Shown here: in pieces, positions 40,306-50,130 of the stretch | Layout: the number at the start of each line of letters is the position of its first letter | How positions within the stretch are numbered: position 1 is the first letter of the stretch | Source: a virus | Taxonomy: Duplodnaviria; Caudoviricetes | Strand: one strand, 5' to 3' | DNA length: 62,337 bases | Virus record (IMG/VR): IMGVR_UViG_3300036893_000002 | Location: 1-62,337 of that record | Translations under genes and position numbers: made by a program | Notes under the pieces: model-generated | The model's database searches: none | What the model was told of the DNA's origin: nothing | What the model saw: only the letters and a program-made list of their open reading frames with translations

Positions 40306-42421
40306 CTGATTCCTCTATAATTTGATCTGCAGCATTTTCTAACATAATTTGAATCATATCAGGATCAGTCGTCATTCTTACCTTATCTTTGACTGATTGG
40401 GCAAATGACTCTAACATCATTCGATCCTGGTTAGTATAGTAATTCTCAGGTGCTTCACTAATGCAAGTCTCTATATGTTTATCTATTACAGACGCTGAAG
40501 CTTTGGCCCAAGCACCTGTACTTAAGAGGTCCTCATTGGCAAGCTTCTCACGTTCTACTAATAGCTTGTCATATATCAAATTTGGATCCATAGAAGAGCG
40601 TGCCTTATGTGGATCCATATTCTTTCCGTGCTGGTTTGCAGGTCGGTTTTTATTGGAGACAGACTTCTTCCCCTTACTAGCTTTGCTAGGTCCTTTCTTA
40701 CCAGCTGCAACTTCTCCACGTAGAGCAGAGGCTTCAATCATACCCTGATTTCTAAGTGCGAGACCTTGCTGTTGTAGATCAAGAACATGCTTATGATAAT
40801 GAGTATCTTTCTCTTGAGCCTTGCTCATTGGTGAACGCTGTATCTGTCTACGAGCTTCAGCATGATCAATAAGGTGATTATTAAAGAGCTCAGTAGTATG
40901 ATTCTGCCACTTGATATGACCATCTACGTCCACATCAGGGAAGACAAGGTCAACATCAAGGATAGCATTCTGTACGGATAGATTGTCTTTACTCTCTTCA
41001 AAGAGTTCCTTTAAGATGAACATCTTGAACTGCCCACAAAACCAGCTAAGGTCAGATTTAACTCCATCTTTAAGGTTCTGAGAAACATTCTCTGCTGTAG
41101 CTCTATTACCTGTGTCAGTCTCTCCCATATCAATAGGACTGACTCCCAGACCAGTAAATATACGACTCTTATAGTGAGTCATAATAGCTTCGGGGTCTGG
41201 AGCCTCACCATTGATACCAACTACATCTACAGCAACACGCTCATCAGTTACGAACATACCTTCTTTAGGCATATTCTCAAGCTCGGCTTTAATAAGATCT
41301 ACTTCAGTAATACCATCAACCATCATTGCAGCTGGAGCATCTTCATCTCCCACTTTCACGTGGAATAGTGGAAATAGGTGATTGATAAGTAGCATTTCTA
41401 CGTTCTCTTCTAGTCGGCGCAGAGCAAAGATATCATCTCTTACAGCCGCAGTTCTTGGAGTACCATAGACATGCCCTGGCTTTACATCCCACTTAAAATG
41501 GATAACATCTTCTAGCTTATAATCTTTATACTTACGGGCACTACCATAATAACGACGCCACTTTATGATTTCACCCTTTTCATTCACAAAGGGGAATATA
41601 GAATGAGGAGGTATAATCATATAAGCAGCTACTGGTACCTTCTTACCATTCTTTTTATTAGGCACACCACTAGAGGCTTCTTCATCTCTAATCTTCAATA
41701 GGAAGACATTAGATATGCAGAGTAAGTTGTGTAGTATATCTTTAATAAAATTCTCTACAGTCATACCCATCATAGTGCCTATGGTATTTAATCTGTAGTT
41801 AATATACTTAGTAAATCTTTGGTTCTCACCCTTTATTTCAAAGCCCTGTCTGAACATAAGACTATGCTTACGTCTAAGAGCCTGCATAAGATATGATTCT
41901 GTATCAAGCATAGTATATGGTTCATACATTTCATACTCAGGAAGGATAGTACCATAATGACCATAATAGCTATTAAGGTAGTCTTTCTCTCTTTCAATCT
42001 TCTTACGAATCTTCTTTTCTAACTCAGGCATCTCTTCAGTAGAAATAGCATCTACTAATTGTAATGTATTTTTAAATGCCTGTTCTTCCTTACTTCTTGT
42101 ATTCTTGGTAAAACTATCATTTGCTTCTAAAGGAGTAGAGTTCTTGAATAGTTCATAAGCAACCTGAACACGGTCTTTGAATGATAATTCAGTTCTACTA
42201 TGTTTACTACGATCACCCAATCCAAGAAGGACAGGTTCAAATCTCTTTGACTTCTTATTATTGACTACAGCAAAAGAATGACCGTGTGGTTTACCCAGCT
42301 TCTTACGCTCAAGATTCTCATACCTTAACTGATTATTAAGTGCCTTCTGCTCGTCGAGCATAGAAATAGGCTGAACCACTGGTTCAATAACTTTCACTTT
42401 TTTAGTAGTCTTGCGTGGCAT
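40268..42421 (-). CDS. Portal protein
   Basis: 717 aa; DVIHFKW...G.VYGTP..PLFHVKVG..IFTGLGVS...MG...GNRATA; between terminase and protease. Confidence 0.75.
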   Translation of the reverse strand: MPRKTTKKVKVIEPVVQPISMLDEQKALNNQLRYENLERKKLGKPHGHSFAVVNNKKSKRFEPVLLGLGDRSKHSRTELSFKDRVQVAYELFKNSTPLEANDSFTKNTRSKEEQAFKNTLQLVDAISTEEMPELEKKIRKKIEREKDYLNSYYGHYGTILPEYEMYEPYTMLDTESYLMQALRRKHSLMFRQGFEIKGENQRFTKYINYRLNTIGTMMGMTVENFIKDILHNLLCISNVFLLKIRDEEASSGVPNKKNGKKVPVAAYMIIPPHSIFPFVNEKGEIIKWRRYYGSARKYKDYKLEDVIHFKWDVKPGHVYGTPRTAAVRDDIFALRRLEENVEMLLINHLFPLFHVKVGDEDAPAAMMVDGITEVDLIKAELENMPKEGMFVTDERVAVDVVGINGEAPDPEAIMTHYKSRIFTGLGVSPIDMGETDTGNRATAENVSQNLKDGVKSDLSWFCGQFKMFILKELFEESKDNLSVQNAILDVDLVFPDVDVDGHIKWQNHTTELFNNHLIDHAEARRQIQRSPMSKAQEKDTHYHKHVLDLQQQGLALRNQGMIEASALRGEVAAGKKGPSKASKGKKSVSNKNRPANQHGKNMDPHKARSSMDPNLIYDKLLVEREKLANEDLLSTGAWAKASASVIDKHIETCISEAPENYYTNQDRMMLESFAQSVKDKVRMTTDPDMIQIMLENAADQIIEESDAEETDVESSTD
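40427..40438 (-). promoter_or_regulatory. TATACTAACCAG motif, copy 4 (inside portal 3' end)
   Basis: Exact 12-mer positioned to drive the protease-capsid genes. Confidence 0.65.
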
Positions 42422-44044
42422 TTAAACACCTAAGTTAATTGGGATCTGGAGGCTTTGTGTCGTAATTTGATTAACGCCGCCAGCTGCTAATACTGATTGA
42501 ACATTACTTGATGCTGTTGGAATAGTGGGTGGTGTAATAGTTAAGGTGCTGCCATCTAATGAATAAGATGATCCACTCTGCGATGATAATGAATTAATAA
42601 GAGTACCAAAAGACTGCAAACCCTGTACTGGAGTAACTGGGTTTGGGTTCAAACTAGAGATACTACCTACAGGCTGTGGGTTATTATTACTAATACTTAA
42701 TAATGATTGTATTATACCTATAGTAGAACTAATTGACTTTAAACTGGTAAGGAATTCTGTCTGATTTCCTTGGTTAGTTATTCTACGAATACTTAACCTT
42801 TGTAAACATTGCTGTATAAAATTATTCTGCCTAGCATTCTCAGACTGAGCCCAGGATATGTTAGCACCCATTATCTGTAGACCTTCGGGTAATCCAGATA
42901 ATGCAGACTGCTGTGCTGCTGTAGGAGTAGGTGGATTATATCCACCAGCAGCTTGAGCTACAGACCCTGTTAACCCAACATCCAAAATAGAACCTGGATT
43001 AATAGATGCCATTTGAGACATTAGTGATCCTAATGGCCCCTCAAATCCAGATGATGGGGTTACTGCTACTTGATTAACAAAATCTAAGTTACTGGTAAAG
43101 GAGAATACATCACTCAGTAATCTAGGGATAGTAAAATTATCAACACTATCGTGATTCGTCTGTAGCTGGGCCTGCTGCTGAAACGAAACCAGATTCTGCA
43201 TCATTGTTAGTAATCGTGTGAGATCACTCGTTGGCTGAGTAGACAACGTAGCCACGATAGATGGTAATGCCGTTTCAGTTGGATCGGGGGAAGCCAATAC
43301 CTGGTATATCCCCGCATAACTACTTTGCCATTGATCCAATAAGCCATTTAAAGTATCCGTTAAAGTAGAACTAACATCTATGGTAGAACCATTAAGCGCC
43401 CGTGTCGACGTGTCAGAAGGGGCCTGTGACGAAGCAAGTTGTACAGGGCTAAGCTGTGGTACAGATAATATTGGATACGTTTGTAAGGCATTTGATAGTG
43501 AGTTGAAGACAAGTTGATCTCCCATCAAAGAACGCATCAGAATAGGAGATGTCTGATCATAAACACCTGTACTCAACAAAGCATTCTCAAAAGACTTAGT
43601 TACTAATCCTATATTGGCTCTCTGTAAAGGTTGAATCTGAACTGATGAAGTAACAGGAGGATTAAGTAAGTCAAACTGTAAGAAGTTAATATCAGCTTCT
43701 AATAAGGTTGTATACATTGTCATATCCATAGAAGATGGAGGAGACGTTGTATTATATATCTGGGCTAAAGCTCGTCCCAGATCTGGATTAGCAGATAGAT
43801 CAAATGTAACACCCAAGTTCTTAACTAATGATTGTATAACCGATACTAAATACTGAGCAGTAGCTGATAGGTTATTCACTCTTACTACTAATACAGCAGC
43901 ATTACTAGCTGCAGCTGCTGCGCTTCCAAACTCACTAGATGTTGCAGTAGGAACACTAACTATAGTATTCTCTGGAGCCAATACAGACTGGCTTGGTATA
44001 GTAGGAGGAGGAGTATAAAAAAACTTAATAGGTGTAAACGACAC
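42422..44044 (-). CDS. Hypothetical Ser/Gln/Leu-rich protein, probably virion
   Basis: 540 aa, very few charged residues, between terminase and portal. Confidence 0.5.
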   Translation of the reverse strand: MSFTPIKFFYTPPPTIPSQSVLAPENTIVSVPTATSSEFGSAAAAASNAAVLVVRVNNLSATAQYLVSVIQSLVKNLGVTFDLSANPDLGRALAQIYNTTSPPSSMDMTMYTTLLEADINFLQFDLLNPPVTSSVQIQPLQRANIGLVTKSFENALLSTGVYDQTSPILMRSLMGDQLVFNSLSNALQTYPILSVPQLSPVQLASSQAPSDTSTRALNGSTIDVSSTLTDTLNGLLDQWQSSYAGIYQVLASPDPTETALPSIVATLSTQPTSDLTRLLTMMQNLVSFQQQAQLQTNHDSVDNFTIPRLLSDVFSFTSNLDFVNQVAVTPSSGFEGPLGSLMSQMASINPGSILDVGLTGSVAQAAGGYNPPTPTAAQQSALSGLPEGLQIMGANISWAQSENARQNNFIQQCLQRLSIRRITNQGNQTEFLTSLKSISSTIGIIQSLLSISNNNPQPVGSISSLNPNPVTPVQGLQSFGTLINSLSSQSGSSYSLDGSTLTITPPTIPTASSNVQSVLAAGGVNQITTQSLQIPINLGV

Positions 44045-44046
44045 AA

Positions 44047-44457
44047 TTACTCCAAAGACTGAATCGTAGAAGAAAGCTGAGTTGGATTCTGTAATATACT
44101 CTGTGGAGCTACAATTATATTTTGAATACCCACTAATGATAAGATAGATTGCCCTACTTGTCCGAATCCAGGAATCTGTAATAAGGTGGCAAGTATATTA
44201 GGATTGTTAGGAACTATATTTCTAATAACTGACCAAGCTAGTTCTAAAATCCAATGAGTTGCAGAATACATAGTCATCTCATCATTGAAATCCTGCAAAC
44301 CGTGCCAATCTTTATTCATTAGACCCTTCATAGAGTCATATTGAATCTGCTGTCTGCCTGGCCAATCTTGTAGCTTGTTTTGTAAATTCAAGCCAATTGA
44401 AACATGGAATTGATCCAAAACACTGCCTGCTAATTGATTTTGTACGCTCGATGACAT
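44047..44457 (-). CDS. Hypothetical protein
   Basis: 136 aa, start overlaps the terminase stop. Confidence 0.55.
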   Translation of the reverse strand: MSSSVQNQLAGSVLDQFHVSIGLNLQNKLQDWPGRQQIQYDSMKGLMNKDWHGLQDFNDEMTMYSATHWILELAWSVIRNIVPNNPNILATLLQIPGFGQVGQSILSLVGIQNIIVAPQSILQNPTQLSSTIQSLE

Positions 44458-46496
44458 TATCTATTTCCTCGTTCAGGGAATCCGAGTCCTGGAAGTGCCC
44501 CTTTGGAGTTAGCATTCCTTCTCGGTCCCACAGGTCCCAGTGGGTGAGTTCTAGAAGACCCTGCTGGAGTCTGCTGTCTAAAAACAGTGGTCCTGCTGGG
44601 AACCCTTGATACTTTGGTAGCTCTTCCCCTAGGAACAACGATAAAGCTTCGCTGGCCTGGCAAGATGATCTGAGGAGCATTATCATCTGGCTTCTCGGGT
44701 AACTGACGGCTAGGAATTTGAGAGGCGTCCTTAAGACGTTCCCGAATCTCAGCGGCTCTAGTAGCTTCCTGGTATCTATCACTAGGTCCTCCTCCTAGCT
44801 CGGCAACATGTGCAACTTGAGCCACACGCTTAATAGGTGGAGCAAAGAATAAACCATACTGTAATTCGATTCCGAGCAAAGCCAGCATAAGAGCGTCAAG
44901 GTCATGGTCTCCTTCTTTGCCACACTCATAGGTGTTAGCAAAGCCATGTTGAGACCAAGTCTTAACTCTATAAGCTCTAAGTTGAGCGTCTAATAAATCA
45001 TCGTTATCTGCAAAATGTATGAGACCCTGTTCAAATACCATGACAGCACCTTCAACCATAAAGGGCTTAGTCCTTCTCTTTACTTCCTCTTTGTCCAGGT
45101 ATTTAGTGTCTCCACGATTGGGAACCAACTTATTAGTAGTTAACTCAGCACCAAAGTCAATAACTTTAATCTCCATTAATTTCTTATCATCAGGATGGGT
45201 TGCTTTCTTACCTATTAGACGAAGTAATTCATCCTGAACATTGCCAAAGCCTTTATCAATATAGATACCATCACAATGCCAATATCTATTTATATCCCGA
45301 ATTTTATCTAAGCTATCTTGAGTTGATACTTCAGGGCCGTCTACCGTATCAGCAGCTACTATTCTACGCATCTTAGTTTTAGGGTCATATTCTACTACCC
45401 TAATACGAGTACCAGTTCCTTGTCCATTCCAATCAACTCCCATAAAATACTTCATAGTAGGAACATATCTTGTCTGCTTATACTTATAATTTACACGAGC
45501 TTTATCTACGAAGAAGGACTTAAATACTCCAGTAGCCAAATCTCCGAACTCAGCCAAGAACTCATGCCTATATACCTCATCTGTTCTGGCTTCTCTACGG
45601 CATTCCTCTTCTTTCTCTGGCGACCAGTCAGGATGCTGAGTAATAGGAGCATAGAATTCTCTATAAGACTCCAGCTGAGTACACATCTGCCAATACATTG
45701 ACCTGGCACCAGTAGGAGTAGAAGCTCCGTGAAACTCAGATTCTTTATAACGGCGTAAGAGTGGATTTACAGCTTTATAATCTCCTTCATTGAGTAGATC
45801 TTGCTCTTCAAGCCTGACACGCCTAGGTGACTGACTGCGGATAACATCTGCATCCCGACCAGACGATGACCCCGCTGTAAAGATTGAGATTGTGGATCCA
45901 TTGAAAAATTCAATCCTGTAAAATGGCTGCTGTCTCTTATTTTGAATAGTACCAGACAAATCGGGGTCTGTTTCGCATTGCCAGAGAATGTCATCAAACC
46001 ACTTCTGAGCTTGTGCTTTAGCAGGACACAATATAAGGATCTCATAGTTCTTTCTGGTCGTGACTTTATGTAGTTCTTCAATTACACCTAGTAAAGTCTT
46101 ACCCATACCTCTACCCATTCTATCTACCTTACGAGAAGCTGTGCAAGATAAGACACCCTCTTGATAATCACGAGGAATGAATGGCTGAACATCTCCATTC
46201 TCATCTTTAATACGAATATGCTTACCAGCCCAATAGATTGGATCTACTATACCACGAACATCCTCTTCAGTCAAGCCTTCAGCTTGTTTAGACTTAACTA
46301 TTCTTTCTATATCTTTTTGGTCGTAGATACCTTTACATTCTATTCGGAAGGGTTTACCTGGATATTTTTGCTGATAGATTTCATGGCACTTATTGCAGAT
46401 AGGGTTATCCATACGGCGTAAGATATCACCACCTACACCTTTGCCTGTCTTACTGACTTTCTGGATAATGGGGAGAAGAAACTCGTCTTTAGTCAT
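44457..46496 (-). CDS. terL: Terminase large subunit
   Basis: PRDYQ adenine motif, Walker A GRGMGKT, Walker B VRLEE, ASTP coupling motif, EFLAEF, nuclease motifs GVDWN and DHDLDALMLA. Confidence 0.92.
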   Translation of the reverse strand: MTKDEFLLPIIQKVSKTGKGVGGDILRRMDNPICNKCHEIYQQKYPGKPFRIECKGIYDQKDIERIVKSKQAEGLTEEDVRGIVDPIYWAGKHIRIKDENGDVQPFIPRDYQEGVLSCTASRKVDRMGRGMGKTLLGVIEELHKVTTRKNYEILILCPAKAQAQKWFDDILWQCETDPDLSGTIQNKRQQPFYRIEFFNGSTISIFTAGSSSGRDADVIRSQSPRRVRLEEQDLLNEGDYKAVNPLLRRYKESEFHGASTPTGARSMYWQMCTQLESYREFYAPITQHPDWSPEKEEECRREARTDEVYRHEFLAEFGDLATGVFKSFFVDKARVNYKYKQTRYVPTMKYFMGVDWNGQGTGTRIRVVEYDPKTKMRRIVAADTVDGPEVSTQDSLDKIRDINRYWHCDGIYIDKGFGNVQDELLRLIGKKATHPDDKKLMEIKVIDFGAELTTNKLVPNRGDTKYLDKEEVKRRTKPFMVEGAVMVFEQGLIHFADNDDLLDAQLRAYRVKTWSQHGFANTYECGKEGDHDLDALMLALLGIELQYGLFFAPPIKRVAQVAHVAELGGGPSDRYQEATRAAEIRERLKDASQIPSRQLPEKPDDNAPQIILPGQRSFIVVPRGRATKVSRVPSRTTVFRQQTPAGSSRTHPLGPVGPRRNANSKGALPGLGFPERGNR

Positions 46497-46504
46497 TTAA
46501 CTTC

Positions 46505-46816
46505 TTATACAATATGATATGTAAATGTTACACCCACGCTTACACCAGTTGACAACACAATATCAAGGGCTTCACCTTGATTAGTTACACACCAACCATC
46601 TGGATGAAATGGAATGGTTACAGTACCATTAGTTGGTAGATAAATAGTACCTGTTATAGCTTCAGCACTAGTATGAGTCTGTAAATAGACATTTACAGCA
46701 CCTGCTGCACTGACTACCATAGACATAACTTTAATAACTTTATTTTCAACTAGAGGAGCTATTGTATTAGCTCCAGAACTAGAGACGGTAGCGCATCCTT
46801 GTATGATCTCAGACAT
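46505..46816 (-). CDS. Small beta-rich protein (decoration-like)
   Basis: 103 aa with all-beta pattern; AAGGAG RBS. Confidence 0.45.
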   Translation of the reverse strand: MSEIIQGCATVSSSGANTIAPLVENKVIKVMSMVVSAAGAVNVYLQTHTSAEAITGTIYLPTNGTVTIPFHPDGWCVTNQGEALDIVLSTGVSVGVTFTYHIV

Positions 46817-46825
46817 TGAATCTCC

Positions 46826-47605
46826 TTATGCTATTACATATGCCCCAATAGAAATAGTCTTTGCATTTAGGACGCTGGAAACTACGGCCTGTAATTGAAG
46901 ACCCTGTAAATCTTGCTGTGACTGAGGTCCTATAAATAAACCACCGACATTAGCATAGGTTAACCCAGTCCATTGAGCTACCTGAACTGCTCCACCAGTA
47001 GTATTCTTATTAATAGTTAGAGTACAGCCAGCAGTGATGTCTTCAAAGAAGACTAGGATCTGAACTGAACGAGCTCCAACTGAAACCCATGGACCTGTTC
47101 CTCCAGCTGTAGCACCTTCAAGCAGTATGATAGGATCATAGTGATGACCACCATCTATATCAGCCAAGTTCATAGTCATAGGGATACCCATAACTGGACT
47201 TGCTGTGGGGAAAGCAAAAGAAGGGTATAGAACTCCACCACCTAAGTTAATAGAACAGACTATAGATGCTGAGTTAGATAGATAGGCTGTTATACTTCTT
47301 GTATCCGTCCCGCCTTCTGACAGATCTGGTGTATAAGTAACGGTAAAAGACTGGGTAGCTAAAGAAGCAACAGTAACAGGGAAGATACTTGAAGTTGGAA
47401 CAATACTAAAACTATTCTGGTTTACTGACTGAGCTGGGGAAGGTAGTGTAACAAGATCTCCTCCACCTGGAACATACATAACCCCAGTAAAGGTTACTGA
47501 AGATGCTCCATTGTTCTTAACAGTAAAAGTCTTTGTAGACGCAGTCTGCCCAGCTACCGTGGGAGGAAAAGAAACAGCCATATTATTAACGAATAAAGTT
47601 GACAT
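46826..47605 (-). CDS. Ig-like (ASH-type) domain protein
   Basis: VSFPPTVAGQTASTKTFTVKNNG...TV......SFTVTYTP. Confidence 0.5.
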   Translation of the reverse strand: MSTLFVNNMAVSFPPTVAGQTASTKTFTVKNNGASSVTFTGVMYVPGGGDLVTLPSPAQSVNQNSFSIVPTSSIFPVTVASLATQSFTVTYTPDLSEGGTDTRSITAYLSNSASIVCSINLGGGVLYPSFAFPTASPVMGIPMTMNLADIDGGHHYDPIILLEGATAGGTGPWVSVGARSVQILVFFEDITAGCTLTINKNTTGGAVQVAQWTGLTYANVGGLFIGPQSQQDLQGLQLQAVVSSVLNAKTISIGAYVIA

Positions 47606-47608
47606 TTG

Positions 47609-48211
47609 TTACCTCATATAAAGTGCTTCATTCCCAAGCCATCTTCGAGAATAACTTTGGGCTGAGCTCATTTCACTTACTGTACGCATGCGTAGATTAT
47701 AAGCTGTTTCTGTATCTTTATAGTCCCCGCCTAGTTCTATATGACGAAGTCTATAACCCCAATCTTTTACATATCTAACACTGCTGGCTGCCGCTCGTCC
47801 AATACCATAAGCTGGTATTACAGCTAACATACTTGCGGCAACAGCTGTCCCAGCAGTTCCAAATACAGCTGGGAGAAAGAACCGTGTAATAGGATTCATT
47901 ACCGCAGTAAGAGCAGGGAAACTGGCTATTCCAGAACTTGTCCCAACAAAAGTAGGAAGAACTTCTCCTCTACCAACTCTGGCTGAAGAGAAAGCTACTT
48001 GCGATACACCCCATAGATTCTCTGAAGTAGACCATTGTAGCTGATCCCAGTTATTAGAAAATACATCCTTTCTCATTCTACGACTGGTTTTTACATAAGA
48101 GCGACCAGGACCATAAGAAGAAAGGTCATCATTAGGATCTTGATAAGGGTTATTATAACTGATTATAGCAACCCTAACAGCATCATCTGCGAAGGCGATT
48201 AGGTTAGCCAT
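47609..48211 (-). CDS. Hypothetical protein with Gly/Ala hydrophobic segments
   Basis: ORF coupled to its neighbours; FFLPAVFGTAGTAVAASMLAVIPAYGIG. Confidence 0.5.
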   Translation of the reverse strand: MANLIAFADDAVRVAIISYNNPYQDPNDDLSSYGPGRSYVKTSRRMRKDVFSNNWDQLQWSTSENLWGVSQVAFSSARVGRGEVLPTFVGTSSGIASFPALTAVMNPITRFFLPAVFGTAGTAVAASMLAVIPAYGIGRAAASSVRYVKDWGYRLRHIELGGDYKDTETAYNLRMRTVSEMSSAQSYSRRWLGNEALYMR

Positions 48212-48939
48212 TAGTGATTATACCTCATTAATGTCAACTGCCCATTATGATCTTCTACTATAGCAGTTAAACTCTCTACCCAATCACCACAGTTTAAATA
48301 GAGTATATTCTTAACATACTTAAAATCTGGAGTGTGAATGTGGCCACAAATCACACCATCAGTTCCTTCTTGTATGGCTAACTCAACCAACGATTCTTCA
48401 AAGTCACTTACATAAGATACGGCACTCTTGACAGCCTTCTTTATGGAAGCTGAGAAAGACCAATATTCCCATCCAAATAATCTTCGTAACCAATTCAAGG
48501 ACATATTAAGACTTACTAACCAATCATATATAAAAGCGCCTATCTTGGCTAACCACTGGGCATGACCAATTACAGCATCAAAAACATCGCCATGTAATAC
48601 AGTTAGTTTGATACCAGCCGCACTTATAAATATGGCTCGTTCAACTATAGTTACATTACCAAATTCAAATTGTTCCAGCTGTCTAATTTCTGGATCGTGA
48701 TTACCAGGTAATACAATAAGCTTCTGCCCTGCTTTAGCTTTCTTTAATAATTGTTGTATAATAGCTGACGCTTCATTAGGCCAAACTTTACTTCTTCTAA
48801 TAGCCCAAAAGTCTAAGATGTCTCCAATCAAATACCAAGTATTAGCATCATTATTTATTAAGAAGTCCTGTAGGCCAGAGTAATTACAAGGACCTCCCAA
48901 ATGTAGATCTGAAATAAAGATAGTTCGGTAATGTGGCAT
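48211..48939 (-). CDS. Calcineurin-like metallophosphoesterase, LpxH/UDP-2,3-diacylglucosamine hydrolase-like
   Basis: ISDLHLG, IGDILD, GNHD, LHGD, CGHIH and N.GDWVES motifs. Confidence 0.85.
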   Translation of the reverse strand: MPHYRTIFISDLHLGGPCNYSGLQDFLINNDANTWYLIGDILDFWAIRRSKVWPNEASAIIQQLLKKAKAGQKLIVLPGNHDPEIRQLEQFEFGNVTIVERAIFISAAGIKLTVLHGDVFDAVIGHAQWLAKIGAFIYDWLVSLNMSLNWLRRLFGWEYWSFSASIKKAVKSAVSYVSDFEESLVELAIQEGTDGVICGHIHTPDFKYVKNILYLNCGDWVESLTAIVEDHNGQLTLMRYNH

Positions 48940-49694
48940 TATAGTCCATGAGCTCTATTATGAAGACCTAATACAATATCTCCTGATGCATTCATAGCAG
49001 TAACTCTATCTTTCATAGACTCACTTCCAGGTTGATATCCTATTCCCATTGGAGTCATATTACCAACTGCAGTTGCTTCTACTGGGTCATTATTTCCTAA
49101 TATGGCCGATGCCATTACAGGAATTCCCGCAGCTGTTATCAAAGCAGCACTCTTAGCTCCAGGAAAGGCACCTAACTTCTCATATGATTTATAGGTGCTC
49201 ATAATAGGACCACTAAAATAACCTATACCAGCTCCAGCAATAGCACCTTGCATTTTATGACCATCAGGAGCAATTAGAGCACCAGCCCCAGCTCCTAATA
49301 AACCTAACATATGAGGTTTAGATAACATCTGGTAAGCAGCATTAGGAATACCAGTAGGTATATCCTTACCAAACATCTTGAAAGTTTTAAAGCTCTTATC
49401 AGCCGCCCACAAAGATTTAAACTTATTAACTTTCATCTCAGCTGCCTTTCTTAGACCAAAGGCACCACTCTGAGCTACTCTACCACCAGCTCTTATAGCT
49501 GCTGAAGCTCCTAATCCACCTAAACCACCTAAGAAGATACCTTTACCAAACTTAGACTCCATAGACTCATCAGGATCTCCAGCTACCATTTGATAGCCAG
49601 CTCCTAAAGCCATCCCACCCAGAAGTCTACCTCTCCATGGAGTTGCCTCCACACCCTTAGCAACCATAGAGAATAAGTCGTAAATCCCAGCCAT
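48939..49694 (-). CDS. Glycine-zipper-like membrane-active protein
   Basis: Several GxxxG segments (GGLGGLGASA, GLLGAGAGA, GAIAGAGIG). Confidence 0.5.
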   Translation of the reverse strand: MAGIYDLFSMVAKGVEATPWRGRLLGGMALGAGYQMVAGDPDESMESKFGKGIFLGGLGGLGASAAIRAGGRVAQSGAFGLRKAAEMKVNKFKSLWAADKSFKTFKMFGKDIPTGIPNAAYQMLSKPHMLGLLGAGAGALIAPDGHKMQGAIAGAGIGYFSGPIMSTYKSYEKLGAFPGAKSAALITAAGIPVMASAILGNNDPVEATAVGNMTPMGIGYQPGSESMKDRVTAMNASGDIVLGLHNRAHGL

Positions 49695-50092
49695 TAGAAT
49701 AAGCTCTTAACTAAGTTCCTCATCATTCCAGCTTTAGCCGTACCAGCCCTTCTCATAGCATTTGCCATAGGACGTGGATTACGCATCATATTACCAGCAA
49801 GAGTTTTCATCCCTGGCCCATATTTACTGGCTGCAGATGCCCCATATATACCACCGATTGCGGCAGCATTCCATGCTAGCCCAGTTCCCCAAGCTCCTAC
49901 AAGAGAACGCCCTACACCCTTTCCTTCACGCCTATCTTGTCTATAAGTATGAATTTGATGAGCAGTACCTCCAATTGCAAAAGCTGCCGCACCGGCCATG
50001 AGTGCTATATTAGGATCAATTTTACCAGGTAGTGTCTTCATATAATTCATAGCAACACTAGATCTCATTTTTGTAAAGAATGCCATAGTCAC
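49694..50092 (-). CDS. Small basic Gly/Ala-rich protein
   Basis: Two hydrophobic GxxxG segments; GAGGTG RBS. Confidence 0.5.
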   Translation of the reverse strand: MTMAFFTKMRSSVAMNYMKTLPGKIDPNIALMAGAAAFAIGGTAHQIHTYRQDRREGKGVGRSLVGAWGTGLAWNAAAIGGIYGASAASKYGPGMKTLAGNMMRNPRPMANAMRRAGTAKAGMMRNLVKSLF

Positions 50093-50111
50093 ACCTCTAG
50101 TTAATTCAAAT

Positions 50112-50123
50112 CTGGTTAGTATA
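50112..50123 (-). promoter_or_regulatory. TATACTAACCAG motif, copy 5
   Basis: Exact 12-mer, intergenic. Confidence 0.7.
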
Positions 50124-50130
50124 GAATAAG

